A DNA stretch of 64,000 bases from an uncultured virus (IMG/VR IMGVR_UViG_3300036766_002285). Lineage: Duplodnaviria > Heunggongvirae > Uroviricota > Caudoviricetes. Position numbers and translations under genes: made by a program. Below the pieces are notes generated by a model. It saw only the letters and a list, made by a program, of their open reading frames with translations, was not told the DNA's origin and made no database searches. Where the stretch lies: IMG/VR virus record IMGVR_UViG_3300036766_002285; one strand, 5' to 3'. Shown here one piece after another: positions 38,137 through 47,468 of this stretch; position 1 is the first letter of the stretch; each line of letters begins with the position of its first letter.

Positions 38137-39954
38137 CTATTTTTCTTCAACTATTTCAGCATCTACAATATCATTATCCGTGGCCTTTGGATCTGGCCCG
38201 CTTGCTGTATTCTGACTGGCTGTTTCATAGAGTTTACGACCAAATTCTTGGCTGGAAGCTCTAAGTTTTTCGACCACATTTTTTATCGCAGCAGTTTCAT
38301 TACTATCTAGAACCTTTTTAAGTTCCGCACAAAGCTCTTCTACTGGTGTTTTGTCAGCCTGTGATAGTTTCTCACCAGCTTCACGGAGAGTTTTTTCTGT
38401 CTGATACAGCAACGAATCTGCACTATTGCGAACTTCGGCCATCTCTCTGGCCTCGTGATCCTCTTTTTCATGCGCTTGTGCATCTTTGACCATTTTATCT
38501 ATAGCATCTTTAGATAACGAAGATTGTCCAGTAATAGTCATGGACTGTACTTTAGATGTGGCAAGATCTTTAGCCGACACATGCACTATACCATTAGCGT
38601 CAATATCAAAAGTGACTTCAATCTGGGGAACTCCTCTAGGTGCTGGGGGCAGGTCAGTTAAACTAAATTTTCCAAGAGTCTTATTGAAACTAGCCATTTC
38701 GCGTTCTCCTTGTAACACATGTATCTCAACTGAAGGCTGCAGGTCATCAGCTGTAGAAAATATTTCAGATCGCTTAGTTGGAATAGTGGTATTACGTTCA
38801 ATAAGTTTAGTCATGACTCCACCTTTAGTTTCAATACCTAAAGATAATGGCGTGACATCCAATAACAAGATATCTTTAACATCTCCTCTAAGCACTCCCG
38901 CTTGTACAGCCGCTCCTATAGCAACTACTTCATCTGGGTTTACGGTACGGTTCGGCTCACGGCCACCCAAGAGTTGTACAAGTTCACTTACCGCAGGCAT
39001 TCTGGTAGATCCGCCAACTAATATAACATGGTCTAATGCACCTTTTGATAGTTTAGCATCCGATAAAGCTTGTTCAAAAGGTTTACGGCAGCGCTCGAGA
39101 AGATCTATCGTGAGCTCTTGAAATTTTGCCCGAGATAGAACCTCATCTAGGTGTAGCGGTCCCGCCGCTGTTGCTGTGATAAAAGGCAGATTTATTTGTG
39201 TTTGCATGGTTTGTGATAGTTCAATCTTTGCTTTTTCAGCTGCTTCCTTAAGTCTTTGTGCAGCCATTTTATCTGTACCCAAGTCAATACCGTGGGCGGA
39301 TTTAAATTGTTGTACTAGCCAATCTATAATGCGCTGGTCCCAATCGTCACCACCGAGATGAGAATCCCCGTGGGTACTTTTTACTTCAAATATACCATCA
39401 CCTATTTCTAAAACGCTAACATCAAAAGTTCCACCACCCAAGTCAAATACTAAAATAGTTTCGTCTTTTCCTTCCTTGTCTAGACCGTACGCAAGAGCAG
39501 CCGCTGTAGGTTCGTTAATAATTCGTAGCACCTCGAGGCCCGCAATTTGGCCCGCTTCTTTGGTAGCTGTACGCTGTGCGTCATCAAAATATGCAGGTAC
39601 TGTAATTACAGCTTGGGTTACTGGTTCTCCTAAGTAAGCTTCAGCATCCCGTTTTAGTTTCATTAAAATTCTAGCAGAGATTTCTTGAGGGGTATATTTT
39701 TTCCCATCAATATCGTCAGATTTCCAACTCTCTCCCATATGGCGCTTTATACTGCGAAATGTTCTACTCGGATTAGTAATTGCTTGTCGTTTGGCTACCT
39801 CTCCTACTAAAACTTCTCCAGCTTTTGAAAAAGCCACCACCGATGGAGTGGTTCTTGCCCCTTCTGAGTTCGGTATTACAATAGGTTCTCCGGCTTCTAA
39901 AACAGATATCACTGAATTAGTAGTTCCCAGGTCAATTCCAACAGCTTTGCTCAT
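38137..39954 (-). CDS. dnaK: Chaperone DnaK (monoderm/actinobacterial type)
   Basis: [14 protein letters not shown]; short N-terminal subdomain; [10 protein letters not shown] tail. Confidence 0.98.
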   Translation of the reverse strand: MSKAVGIDLGTTNSVISVLEAGEPIVIPNSEGARTTPSVVAFSKAGEVLVGEVAKRQAITNPSRTFRSIKRHMGESWKSDDIDGKKYTPQEISARILMKLKRDAEAYLGEPVTQAVITVPAYFDDAQRTATKEAGQIAGLEVLRIINEPTAAALAYGLDKEGKDETILVFDLGGGTFDVSVLEIGDGIFEVKSTHGDSHLGGDDWDQRIIDWLVQQFKSAHGIDLGTDKMAAQRLKEAAEKAKIELSQTMQTQINLPFITATAAGPLHLDEVLSRAKFQELTIDLLERCRKPFEQALSDAKLSKGALDHVILVGGSTRMPAVSELVQLLGGREPNRTVNPDEVVAIGAAVQAGVLRGDVKDILLLDVTPLSLGIETKGGVMTKLIERNTTIPTKRSEIFSTADDLQPSVEIHVLQGEREMASFNKTLGKFSLTDLPPAPRGVPQIEVTFDIDANGIVHVSAKDLATSKVQSMTITGQSSLSKDAIDKMVKDAQAHEKEDHEAREMAEVRNSADSLLYQTEKTLREAGEKLSQADKTPVEELCAELKKVLDSNETAAIKNVVEKLRASSQEFGRKLYETASQNTASGPDPKATDNDIVDAEIVEEK

Positions 39955-40135
39955 TATGTTTCCTCTCAAAGATACGTTTTTGTGTTTATGGTATATATAC
40001 AATAGTTCCCAGTCGCATGCGAATTGCAATCATTTAAAACACAAAAAGACCCACCAAATCCTTTATTTTACAGAACCACACAAATGTGCCAGTAGTCACT
40101 AAAAGAACAAAACATCAAACTCTTAAATACTGTAA

Positions 40136-40331
40136 TTAAGGCAGGGGTCTAATTATCTTTGCCAGTAGTTCGCTACCACCAACTTTAACACTCAACTCTC
40201 CACTGTGCGTGGTCATAATTGTTCCACTAACACCAATTAAGTCGCCTCGGTCCCAGTCACCAGTCCTAGCAAAAGTCTCATCTCCAACAACCGCTTGTGA
40301 AACAAATAGTTGAATTTCACCCGACTGGTCC
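40136..40331 (-). pseudogene. lysS: Fragment of lysyl-tRNA synthetase anticodon-binding OB-fold domain (not in ORF track)
   Basis: DQSGEIQLFVSQAVVGDETFARTGDWDRGDLIGVSGTIMTTHSGELSVKVGGSELLAKIIRPLP*; no start codon. Confidence 0.82.
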
Positions 40332-40460
40332 TTGACATCCTCCCTGTAGCCTTTAACAACTATAAGGATTCCAGCTACTAAACTAACAGTAACTGAGGTT
40401 CACGGTTCACAGACCCGGTTAGCACCAAGTCTCCCCGCGCGCTTACGACGTGTCCCGCTA
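40332..40460 (-). ncRNA. Putative omegaRNA 3' scaffold / right end, lineage A copy 3
   Basis: Same scaffold ending GGAGGATGTCAA. Confidence 0.75.
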
Positions 40461-41548
40461 CAATATTCACTGCTTGCATTCACATCAGCGTTATCTGTGT
40501 ATTCACACTTAATACAGCTAAAAACCGCTTGGCTCTTGCGATTCTTAGCTGAAGTGTACTTACACTCACTACAACGCCTGGATGTGTTTACAGGATTTAT
40601 TTTCTCTATACGACCAGAAGCTTTATCTTCAAACCTACGGTCAGAGAAGCCCCAGCCGTTTTTTAGAATTTCTCTAGTCAAACCTGACTTAGCTTTAACA
40701 TTAGTGCCTGGATTTGCAAGAGTACCTTTAGCAGATTTAGTCATATTCTTTATGTTCAGATTCTCGATACGGATTAAATCAAAGCTCCTAGCAAGCCAGG
40801 TAGTTAGTTTTTCAACACAATCTTTACAACGGTTGATTCTACGATGCTCTAGTCTATTAATCATTAGTTGAGTTTGCTTATAATGATTAGATCCTTTTAT
40901 CTGTTTGCTAAGTTTACGTTTAAGTTGTAATGACTTCTTCTGTTCTTTCATACTAAGTCCAGGAATTTTAACCATTTCACCTGTACTCATTGTAAATGAT
41001 TGGGTGATACCTCTATCTATGCCGACAATTTTGCCATTACCTGGAGCCGGGATAGGTTTAGGAATTACTGCAAAAGCTATCCACCAGCGTCCGGCACGAT
41101 CTAAAGTTACTCGATACGATTTAATGGCACCAGGATTTCTAGTCCAGCGCCAGTCTACCCAACCTATTTTTGGGATATTTACTCTAGCACGTTTACGTGA
41201 CATGCGCTCAAAACTTTTTGCTTCCTTGCCCACAATACGAAAACCCTCATTTTGACCGGCTTTACGAAAAGTTGGATGTCCGTGGGTACCTTGAAACCAG
41301 TTTTTAAATCCTTGATCCAGATCGCGCAGGGCTTGTTGTTGTACTGTTGCTGATCCATCTTTAAGCCAGGAATCTTTACGAGCTTCTGTAAGTTGTGCGC
41401 ATTGAGCATTATAGTTGGGAGTGAGTCCGAACACTTTACTATACATATTGCGTTGCTCTAAACCCATGTTATATACGTAACGGGCATGGTTACAGTGCTC
41501 CAGTAGAAAAATTTCTTGAGCTTTGGTAGGATAGAGACGAAATTTCAT
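40400..41548 (-). CDS. tnpB: TnpB lineage A copy 3; a 1-bp insertion near 40474 changes only the C-terminal tail
   Basis: GIDRG / IRIENL / NADVNA retained; canonical tail (AVNIVAGHVV...PQLLLV*) continues in another frame to 40378. Confidence 0.92.
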   Translation of the reverse strand: MKFRLYPTKAQEIFLLEHCNHARYVYNMGLEQRNMYSKVFGLTPNYNAQCAQLTEARKDSWLKDGSATVQQQALRDLDQGFKNWFQGTHGHPTFRKAGQNEGFRIVGKEAKSFERMSRKRARVNIPKIGWVDWRWTRNPGAIKSYRVTLDRAGRWWIAFAVIPKPIPAPGNGKIVGIDRGITQSFTMSTGEMVKIPGLSMKEQKKSLQLKRKLSKQIKGSNHYKQTQLMINRLEHRRINRCKDCVEKLTTWLARSFDLIRIENLNIKNMTKSAKGTLANPGTNVKAKSGLTREILKNGWGFSDRRFEDKASGRIEKINPVNTSRRCSECKYTSAKNRKSQAVFSCIKCEYTDNADVNASSEYCSGTRRKRAGRLGANRVCEP

Positions 41549-41749
41549 GTAACATTAGTATCGGTACTTAGTATTCAGAGTTTAATGAAAACTATACTAC
41601 CAATCAAACAAAGATTATAATTCACTATTACTGTCAATAGAAATAAGTGCCTAAAAGTATCATTATAGCACTATATCAGTATGGAGAAAAAATGCCAAAT
41701 GGTCTAAAAGAACTCACCCTCAAACTACCAGTAAGTATGAAACATATCT

Positions 41750-42346
41750 ATGAGTAATGTTAATAATAAAGCATCTTCGGGGTTTCTATTAACACTGTTT
41801 AAAAGGTTTTTTATAATATTCACAGTACTCACTCTTGTATCTTCGCTTTCTAACATCTATCTCGGATCAGCCTGGTCTAAAAATATAGTCAAATATAAAT
41901 ATACAGCAGGCATGTATAATGATGGTGATCTCACGTACGAGCAAGCTCCCCCAGCTGGTGGACCGCATAATTCAGTTGCTCAAAATTGTGGTATATATGC
42001 TTTGCCTCTTTTAGATGAAACTGTGGTTAATAGCTTAGAACGCGGAGCTGTATGGATAACGTATAAGCCAGATAAAGTATCTTATATAGATATTGTAGTT
42101 TTAGCCAGACAGTATCAGCGCAATAAGTTTGTGATAGTTTCTCCATATCCTACACAAAGTAGTCCTATTATACTTTCTGCATGGAATGCACAGCTTTCTG
42201 TAAACAGTTCCTCAGATTTTCGGATAAACAAGTTTGTTGATTTTTATGCTAACAGCCCAGACGCTCCTCAACCAGACGCTTCTTGTACAGAGGGCATTGA
42301 TTCGAGTATTTATCAGCTGCTTACACCTCCAGAACCCGACGTTTAA
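41750..42346 (+). CDS. DUF3105-like membrane-anchored protein
   Basis: PPAGGPH...NCGIY; SLERGAVWITY; SPYP...LSAW. Confidence 0.8.
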   Translation: MSNVNNKASSGFLLTLFKRFFIIFTVLTLVSSLSNIYLGSAWSKNIVKYKYTAGMYNDGDLTYEQAPPAGGPHNSVAQNCGIYALPLLDETVVNSLERGAVWITYKPDKVSYIDIVVLARQYQRNKFVIVSPYPTQSSPIILSAWNAQLSVNSSSDFRINKFVDFYANSPDAPQPDASCTEGIDSSIYQLLTPPEPDV

Positions 42347-42431
42347 GCTTGAAAGCCTAATATAATAAATATTATATTAGTGGCTTAAGTTTCAAGCTTG
42401 TCTATATTTGCTACGTACAATACTAATAACA

Positions 42432-43817
42432 ATGTTTACATACAAGCATACCTCAAGATTGGCTAATATTATTTCTATTGCCAAAAAATATCTAGTCCTT
42501 AGCGTTATTATAGGACTGTTCGGCATTCCAACCACAATTGCTAGCGCAACGAATTTCATCGCCCTGCCTAGCTGTACTAATGATGGTTTGAATTGTAAGC
42601 TCGGAGGTGTTGGGCCGGCTGGAGGTCTAATATTTTATGATGCGGGATCCCTACGATGGTGGGGTCGTTTTCTAGAAGTACCAACTAATCAAAAAGTAAC
42701 TCCCAGCAGCCCTTGGGGCGATGGTGATTCCATATATACTCAAAACACATCTGGCCGCAGTGTTGAGGCTCAACGTATTTTCGCTAAGTCTATTGGGACT
42801 GGAAAAATAAATACCGCCCAAATACTTGCCGCAACTGATACCTGGATCGCAAGCTCCGCTCAGCTAACAGATGCTTATCTCCAAAATGGTTTTGACGATT
42901 GGTTTTTGCCGTCAAAAGATGAGCTAAATGCCCTATACGATTATTTAAAAATCCAAAAACTCGTATTACCCGGAATTGCGGGGTCTCCAACCTGGACTTC
43001 ATCTGAGGCGAGTGGCTCTTTTGCTTGGTATCAAGAATTTCGTGACGGTACCCAGTTCACAGACGCTAATGGTATTATACCAGGGTCGCCTGGAAATAAG
43101 CAAACTTCTATGAGTCCAAAACATGTCGGATCAAATTTTGTTCCCATGGGCTTTAAAACTATTCCCATTCGAGCTTTCCCGCAAGGCTCGGGTGTAGTGC
43201 CAAATTATATTCCAACTAATTTAACTACAAATTCTGCGTGTACTCAAGATTTATCTTGTAATATGGGAGACGTCGGTCCGGGCGGTGGAATAGTATTCTA
43301 TGATGCAGGATCACATCAGCCCTGGGGTCGGTATTTAGAGGTAGCTCCCGCTGCTTGTGAAATTGTTGGGGTACCTTGGAAGCCTAATAATGCGGTTGTT
43401 CAAAAAATTATATTATACAGAGACATTCCTAAGGGATTTCTAGCCCTACAACAACGCCTATTAGCTAAAGCTCTCGGTATGGGTCAGACCAATACCCAGC
43501 TCATAGTAAACAGTTACGGCAGTAAGTTTACATATGCAGCACAAGCAGCAAATGACCTAATATGTATCACGGACGACTGGTTTTTGCCGACAAAAGACGA
43601 ACTGGATTTAGCTTTTAATAATCTAAAAGCTTTAGATCTTCCTCTAGGAGATTTTGATAAAGGATATTATTGGACTTCTAGTGAATACAATAACGAAACC
43701 ACCTGGACACAGTATTTTAAAGATGGTCAACAGTTTGATAGGGTCAAAACTTTGTTTGCTAACAAAACGGGACCCATGCGTCCATTTAGGGTGCGTGCTA
43801 TTCGTGCTTTCGGTTAA
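42432..43817 (+). CDS. Secreted protein with two DUF1566-like domains
   Basis: Twice G.GPxGGxxFY...DWFLPxKDEL...WTSSE...IRAF. Confidence 0.8.
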   Translation: MFTYKHTSRLANIISIAKKYLVLSVIIGLFGIPTTIASATNFIALPSCTNDGLNCKLGGVGPAGGLIFYDAGSLRWWGRFLEVPTNQKVTPSSPWGDGDSIYTQNTSGRSVEAQRIFAKSIGTGKINTAQILAATDTWIASSAQLTDAYLQNGFDDWFLPSKDELNALYDYLKIQKLVLPGIAGSPTWTSSEASGSFAWYQEFRDGTQFTDANGIIPGSPGNKQTSMSPKHVGSNFVPMGFKTIPIRAFPQGSGVVPNYIPTNLTTNSACTQDLSCNMGDVGPGGGIVFYDAGSHQPWGRYLEVAPAACEIVGVPWKPNNAVVQKIILYRDIPKGFLALQQRLLAKALGMGQTNTQLIVNSYGSKFTYAAQAANDLICITDDWFLPTKDELDLAFNNLKALDLPLGDFDKGYYWTSSEYNNETTWTQYFKDGQQFDRVKTLFANKTGPMRPFRVRAIRAFG

Positions 43818-43823
43818 AGAAAC

Positions 43824-44489
43824 TTAAGTACCAATAGATTGTAATAGTAAAACAACGGCAATGAAATGGGCTATTCCAGCTAACACGGTCATGACATGCC
43901 AGAATTCATGGAAGCCAAATATATCAGATTTTAGGACTGGCTTGTGCTTCAAAAACAGAACTGCCCCTATTGTATATATAGCCCCACCAAAGAGTAATAG
44001 CCCTACAATCCATGCTCCCGTACGCGCGTACAGTCCCGGCATAAAAGCGAGCATACACCACCCAATGGCTAAATACAGGCCCGTAGCCAGCCTCCAGGCG
44101 CGTCTGGTGAGCTTTAAGACAAGCCCTATAATGGCCGTAATCCACACTATTCCAAGGGCTATCCAGCACTCAGGATAAGGCAAAGCAAGCACACAAAAAG
44201 GGGTATAAGTACCTGCTATAAGCAAGAAAATACTAGCGTGATCTAGCCTCTGAAAAACTTCTTGGCGTGACGGGGTGCGTGCCAGCACATGGTAAAACCC
44301 AGAAATGCAATAACAAGTAAATAAACTTAAAGTATATAAAATTGAAACAAATATAGCTAAAACTCCGCTAGCAATTGTCAGCAGGTACGTAGAAGCTACG
44401 GGCACAATCATGGCAGCCACTGCATGCACGCGTCCACGCCATACCGGTCTCTGGCAGCTGCTCAAATAATCAATGTTAGGATTTATCAT
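43824..44489 (-). CDS. Hemolysin III / PAQR family membrane protein
   Basis: RP.WRG..H; RLDHASIFLLIAGTYTP; FGFHEFWH. Confidence 0.92.
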   Translation of the reverse strand: MINPNIDYLSSCQRPVWRGRVHAVAAMIVPVASTYLLTIASGVLAIFVSILYTLSLFTCYCISGFYHVLARTPSRQEVFQRLDHASIFLLIAGTYTPFCVLALPYPECWIALGIVWITAIIGLVLKLTRRAWRLATGLYLAIGWCMLAFMPGLYARTGAWIVGLLLFGGAIYTIGAVLFLKHKPVLKSDIFGFHEFWHVMTVLAGIAHFIAVVLLLQSIGT

Positions 44490-44721
44490 CTATAAAACCT
44501 TTGTGGCTAAAATTATAATCACTAGTATTATTATGTATTTATTTTCTAGTGCGGCATACCCAGTAAGTCTAGACTGCACATACAATATAAGCAAGTATTG
44601 TATCTGAATAAATACTCTTAAAAATTGTCGAATTATTGACAAAATTATAGAGCATAATTATAGCTTTTTTATGTCACACGGGCATAATATTTATTACGAA
44701 GCGCAATATAGGAGGAATATT

Positions 44722-45024
44722 ATGAGTCAAAGTCCTAATCGTCCCGAGTCACAGAACCTCTCAAGTAAGGAACTGCGCGCCCATGCCCACAACGACCGAC
44801 ATCATGTGCATAGTGAACTCCATGATATAACAGAAGCTGTAAATCATGGATTTGATGTTCAAGATGTAATAGAACCAGCGCCAATATTCAAGTCCCAGCA
44901 TCATATAGTCCCCGAACCAGTTTTAGCGAAGTCGCCGGTATGGAGAATAAAGTTTTGGAAACGTCGTAAAACTGCCGGTCTTCGGTATCTTAACTCTCAA
45001 CAGAGCGAATCTGAACCAACTTAA
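44722..45024 (+). CDS. His-rich hypothetical protein
   Basis: AGGAGG SD; KELRAHAHNDRHHVHSELH...KFWKRR. Confidence 0.7.
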   Translation: MSQSPNRPESQNLSSKELRAHAHNDRHHVHSELHDITEAVNHGFDVQDVIEPAPIFKSQHHIVPEPVLAKSPVWRIKFWKRRKTAGLRYLNSQQSESEPT

Positions 45025-45075
45025 TTTCTATTGTAACTAGTTAAACTACTTATTTACAAGGATGTAGTATAGCAC

Positions 45076-45468
45076 CTATCTGCGCCACCAGCGCTTAGGT
45101 TCGGACAAAAGTCTATTATTATTAATGCGAGCTTTTGCATGTTTTACACCTATGACTGGAGTTATTTTCACAATTAGTTCATCTTTGACCTTATTCCAGC
45201 ACATTTCCGCATATTCATCTCCGGCCACTTTCATGATCGCCTCCTCATCAAATACTTGTAAAGCTTTTTCTATTTTATCATTGAGTTCTTCGGTTATTAA
45301 ATTTATTGATGAAATGTCCTCATCTGCAGTTGTATCCCATTCCCATTTTCGTAATTCCGCCATTTTTCTTTTATGCACAACTATGGCTATATCTATAGTT
45401 TTGTTGCACGCATCAAAAGCAGTATCAAATATTTTGTCGTACTTTTGTTGAAGGGTTTCCACGCTCAT
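45076..45468 (-). CDS. Helical protein related to 46470 and 46974
   Basis: NKTIDIAIVV...IEKALQVFDE pattern. Confidence 0.65.
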   Translation of the reverse strand: MSVETLQQKYDKIFDTAFDACNKTIDIAIVVHKRKMAELRKWEWDTTADEDISSINLITEELNDKIEKALQVFDEEAIMKVAGDEYAEMCWNKVKDELIVKITPVIGVKHAKARINNNRLLSEPKRWWRR

Positions 45469-45677
45469 GGCAACTTCTTAGCATGTTCAGCATTATATGC
45501 GTCATTGCGGGCTTTTACATCTGATTGCAGTATAGATACACAGATATCTTTTATAGATCCTGTAGGGTCCGCTAGAACAGCCTTGTCTACTGCTAGCTGT
45601 GCTTCGTCTTTATTCCAGCCTAGGCGTTTCACCAGCAACTCATCACATAATAGTTGTCTTTCTATTTCTGGTGTCAT
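45465..45677 (-). CDS. Hypothetical protein, paralogue of 45910
   Basis: QLLCDELLVK...EAQL. Confidence 0.65.
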   Translation of the reverse strand: MTPEIERQLLCDELLVKRLGWNKDEAQLAVDKAVLADPTGSIKDICVSILQSDVKARNDAYNAEHAKKLP

Positions 45678-45907
45678 GCTTTTTCTTCTCCATCTTTTTG
45701 TATAGAACGCGCAATTAACTCAGTTATTCGATCATTTTTTGTATTAGCCGGCGCACAAGATATAAGACGATTCTTTGCTTCTATGGGCAAGTTCTCGTCA
45801 GCAGCCTCATCCCACCAGGCTAAGATCACTTTATTTATATCAGAACTTGACACCACTTCAGAGAAGTCTTCGTTTACCTGTTGATCTTGTCCTAGGTTAC
45901 CGGTCAT
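45674..45907 (-). CDS. Hypothetical protein
   Basis: Overlapping co-directional string. Confidence 0.55.
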   Translation of the reverse strand: MTGNLGQDQQVNEDFSEVVSSSDINKVILAWWDEAADENLPIEAKNRLISCAPANTKNDRITELIARSIQKDGEEKA

Positions 45908-45909
45908 AT

Positions 45910-46224
45910 TTATTCCGTTCCTATCAATTTTTTTAGTTCTGATTCTAATAAAAATATAAGACGGTCTCTTACATTTGTCGCGGGACTTTCAGTAATAGCC
46001 TTGCTCCATAACAGCTGTGCCTCGTTTCTATCATAATCCATAAATTTTACCAGTAACTCATCACACACTAACTGAGTTTCTTTTTCTTCACCCAGTTCAT
46101 ACCACGCATTCGGGTTCGCTTTCAATAAAGATAAGAATTTACCCAAGCGTCGCGTTTTTATGTCAGTATCAACCATTTTATCCCAAATCGCGAACTGATC
46201 TTTTTCATTTAAATTATCTGTCAT
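45910..46224 (-). CDS. Hypothetical protein, paralogue of 45465
   Basis: QLVCDELLVK...EAQL. Confidence 0.65.
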   Translation of the reverse strand: MTDNLNEKDQFAIWDKMVDTDIKTRRLGKFLSLLKANPNAWYELGEEKETQLVCDELLVKFMDYDRNEAQLLWSKAITESPATNVRDRLIFLLESELKKLIGTE

Positions 46225-46408
46225 ACTTACTCTCTAGTTCATTTGATTTTACTAACTTTCGAAGCTCGAACCCCAGTTTTCTGGCGATCCTAGCGCGTAC
46301 GATTCGCTTGGCCCAGTCCGGTTTTACACATTTTGGTTGCCCGCCGATAAGGTCTCCAGCAGCAATTAGTTCGGCTATCTCTTTTTCCTCATCAATTCTT
46401 GAAATCAT
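46214..46408 (-). CDS. Hypothetical protein
   Basis: AGGAG SD in the repeated promoter cassette. Confidence 0.6.
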   Translation of the reverse strand: MISRIDEEKEIAELIAAGDLIGGQPKCVKPDWAKRIVRARIARKLGFELRKLVKSNELESKYDR

Positions 46409-46415
46409 AAGGTTT

Positions 46416-46975
46416 CTCCTATATTATAAACCATTAGCGCTACTGGTTTCTAGCCAAGTTTTGCAGTTTTTAATACACTCGACGTAGAGCGCTATCAATA
46501 TACGGAGCCCACGACGCGTGCTTGATTTCCCATGCCGTAGGCATTGGTGGGTTATTGCTGTCAATTGCCCGGTATATTTTCAGAAATACTTCCTCTTGAA
46601 CTGTGTACCAGTATTCTATGGCAGCTTTATTTCCGCAGTTACCAGCCCCCAGACGATCTTCAAGTAATCCAAGCGCATGTACAATTTTAGTTTTAAAATT
46701 TCTAACAATTTCATCAATTTTTTGATTATAATCAGATTTTTGCATAGTATCTTTGCTTTCACGGTAATATGACAACTCACGATTATATACAGATATTGCA
46801 CTATCTAGTTCTTCATTATAGAGCTTAAAAGCATTAACAAAGCCTCTATGTAACTCTTCTTGGACCTTCTCTAATGCTATTTTGTAGTCTTGTTTGCTGG
46901 GTTTATTAAACATGGCTTATCTCCTTTATTATAAATTATTAGCGCTACTAGTTTCTAGTCAAGTTTTGCAGTTTT
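46416..46975 (-). repeat. Duplicated 55-bp promoter/RBS cassette (46416-46470 and 46921-46975)
   Basis: 5 mismatches; minus strand CTTG(A/G)CTAGAAAC..GTAGCGCTAAT..TTTATAATA.AGGAG. Confidence 0.85.
46470..46913 (-). CDS. Helical protein, tandem paralogue of 46974
   Basis: ALEK..EE...GF...LYN...VYNR.LS.Y. Confidence 0.75.
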   Translation of the reverse strand: MFNKPSKQDYKIALEKVQEELHRGFVNAFKLYNEELDSAISVYNRELSYYRESKDTMQKSDYNQKIDEIVRNFKTKIVHALGLLEDRLGAGNCGNKAAIEYWYTVQEEVFLKIYRAIDSNNPPMPTAWEIKHASWAPYIDSALRRVY

Positions 46976-47453
46976 ATTGTACATTTCGAAGGGCTCTTGC
47001 GATCAGTTGTGGCCATTTAAGGGGGCCCATTGCTGGCATTTGGGGTACTTGTGCATCATCGCCTGCGATCGCCTTGAATATTTTAAGGCCCATTTCGTCT
47101 TCGATTGTAAGGAACCATTCTCGAGCTGTCATATTTTCATGATTTTCAGCTTCAATTCGTTCTTCAAATGTTTGGAGGGCTTCTTCAAGCATATTTTCAA
47201 AATTTTTAACAGTTTCCCTAATTCCTTGACTGTACTCAGTTGCTTGCAGGTTGTCCTTGCTTTTATGGTAATGTGATAAATCCCGGTTATACACATCAAT
47301 AGTAGCATCTATTGTTTTATTGTAGAGCCCATAGATGGCCTTAAAACCCTTATTCATTTCCTCTGTAGCTTTCTCTAATGCCATTTCATACTCCTGTGTA
47401 CTTTTACGGCTGAGCATAGTTTTATGGTTGAAGATGTTTTTATGGTTGTGCAT
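46974..47453 (-). CDS. Helical protein, tandem paralogue of 46470
   Basis: Same ALEK...LYN...VYNR pattern as 46470. Confidence 0.75.
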   Translation of the reverse strand: MHNHKNIFNHKTMLSRKSTQEYEMALEKATEEMNKGFKAIYGLYNKTIDATIDVYNRDLSHYHKSKDNLQATEYSQGIRETVKNFENMLEEALQTFEERIEAENHENMTAREWFLTIEDEMGLKIFKAIAGDDAQVPQMPAMGPLKWPQLIARALRNVQ

Positions 47454-47468
47454 ATCTTTCTCCTATTG

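Noticed and set aside
39995..40035. CIRCE or HAIR operator upstream of dnaK
   Set aside because: TTGCAATTCGCATGCGACTGGGAA has the wrong spacing and poor symmetry for CIRCE and does not match HAIR.
41560..41640. N-terminal half of the lysS fragment beyond the tnpB start
   Set aside because: One frame gives LIGSIVFIK, but spacing to the conserved Asp is two residues short and the V.VAGR motif is absent.
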